Origin: Alphaproteobacteria bacterium
Lineage (GTDB): Bacteria > Pseudomonadota > Alphaproteobacteria > JAWKYA01
Reading direction: 5' to 3'
NCBI GenBank assembly: GCA_041396725.1
Contig: JAWKYA010000003.1
Span: 13,323-77,322 of the forward strand
DNA length: 64,000 nt
The position numbers and the translations under genes are program-made. Shown here piece after piece: positions 63,776 to 64,000 of the stretch. Under the pieces are notes generated by a model that was not told the DNA's origin, did not search any database, and saw nothing but the letters and a program-made list of their open reading frames with translations. Each line of letters begins with the position of its first letter. Position 1 is the stretch's first letter.

Positions 63776-64000
63776 CTAAGGCTTCGATCCTGGCGTTACA
63801 GCGCGCGAGTCCAGCTTCACATGGATGATAGCCGGTTTCCCCGAAGCAATAGCGCGATTAAAGGCCGGCATGAAGTCATCGGTTTTCACGACCGTCTCCC
63901 CATGGCCACCATAGGCGCGAGCTAAAGCAGCAAAATCAGGGTTGATTAAACTTGTCCCGCTGGGCCGCCCAGGGAATTCACGTTCTTGATGCATGCGAAT
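63776..64000 (-). CDS. C-terminal part of a thiamine-diphosphate-dependent enzyme (acetolactate-synthase-like); continues beyond the window.
   Basis: ...NPDFAALARAYGGHGETV...FNRAIASGKPAIIHVKLD is typical of the C-terminal end of a TPP-binding domain. Confidence 0.55.
   Translation of the reverse strand: MRMHQEREFPGRPSGTSLINPDFAALARAYGGHGETVVKTDDFMPAFNRAIASGKPAIIHVKLDSRAVTPGSKP

Overview
The window joins two unrelated parts.

(A) 1 to about 9.66 kb looks like Bacteroidota. It holds two tandem paralogous T9SS type-B (gliding-motility C-terminal domain) proteins with IgGFc-binding-like N-terminal regions. It also holds a small outer-membrane beta-barrel gene and a roughly 4.3 kb T9SS type-A cargo gene built from about 24 tandem 51-aa two-cysteine modules. 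All four genes are broken by many frame changes.

(B) About 9.93 to 64 kb is a typical alphaproteobacterial chromosome segment with mostly intact, tightly packed genes:
- an envelope-glycan module (GT-C-like membrane protein, MprF-TM/UPF0104 flippase-like protein, a 529-aa unknown, a GT2 polyprenyl-phosphate glycosyltransferase-like protein and a NodB-type deacetylase);
- a non-phosphorylative sugar-acid oxidation cluster (HpcH aldolase, IlvD/Edd sugar-acid dehydratase, GH31 alpha-xylosidase-like enzyme, SMP-30 lactonase, aldose 1-epimerase, SDR, GabD-like aldehyde dehydrogenase, Ldh2-family dehydrogenase);
- the conserved tig-clpP-clpX-lon-hup block with tRNA-Leu, tRNA-Val and tRNA-Asp, plus rlmJ, a DEAD-box helicase and a cold-shock protein;
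- a small decay zone (IS1/IS1595-like transposase remnant, frameshifted ABC ATPase with its ABC-2 permease, truncated glutamine amidotransferase);
- the pbpC and thioester alpha-2-macroglobulin pair;
- a frameshifted malonyl-CoA decarboxylase, nnr carrying an in-frame 18-bp VNTR, a second HpcH aldolase and a yihY-family gene;
- a GH17/GT2 locus resembling ndvC/ndvB (cyclic beta-glucan), a GNAT gene, tRNA-His, and glnB-glnA with a sigma-54-type promoter.

I found no rRNA, CRISPR array, prophage or recognisable defence system. The items most worth a second look are the taxonomic and quality discontinuity near 9.7-9.9 kb, the Arn/Lgm-like envelope-modification module with its unassigned 529-aa protein, the uncharacterised 51-aa repeat cargo protein, and several short perfect tandem duplications and repeat arrays in regulatory positions. 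No database search was possible, so every family assignment rests on motifs read from the translations.
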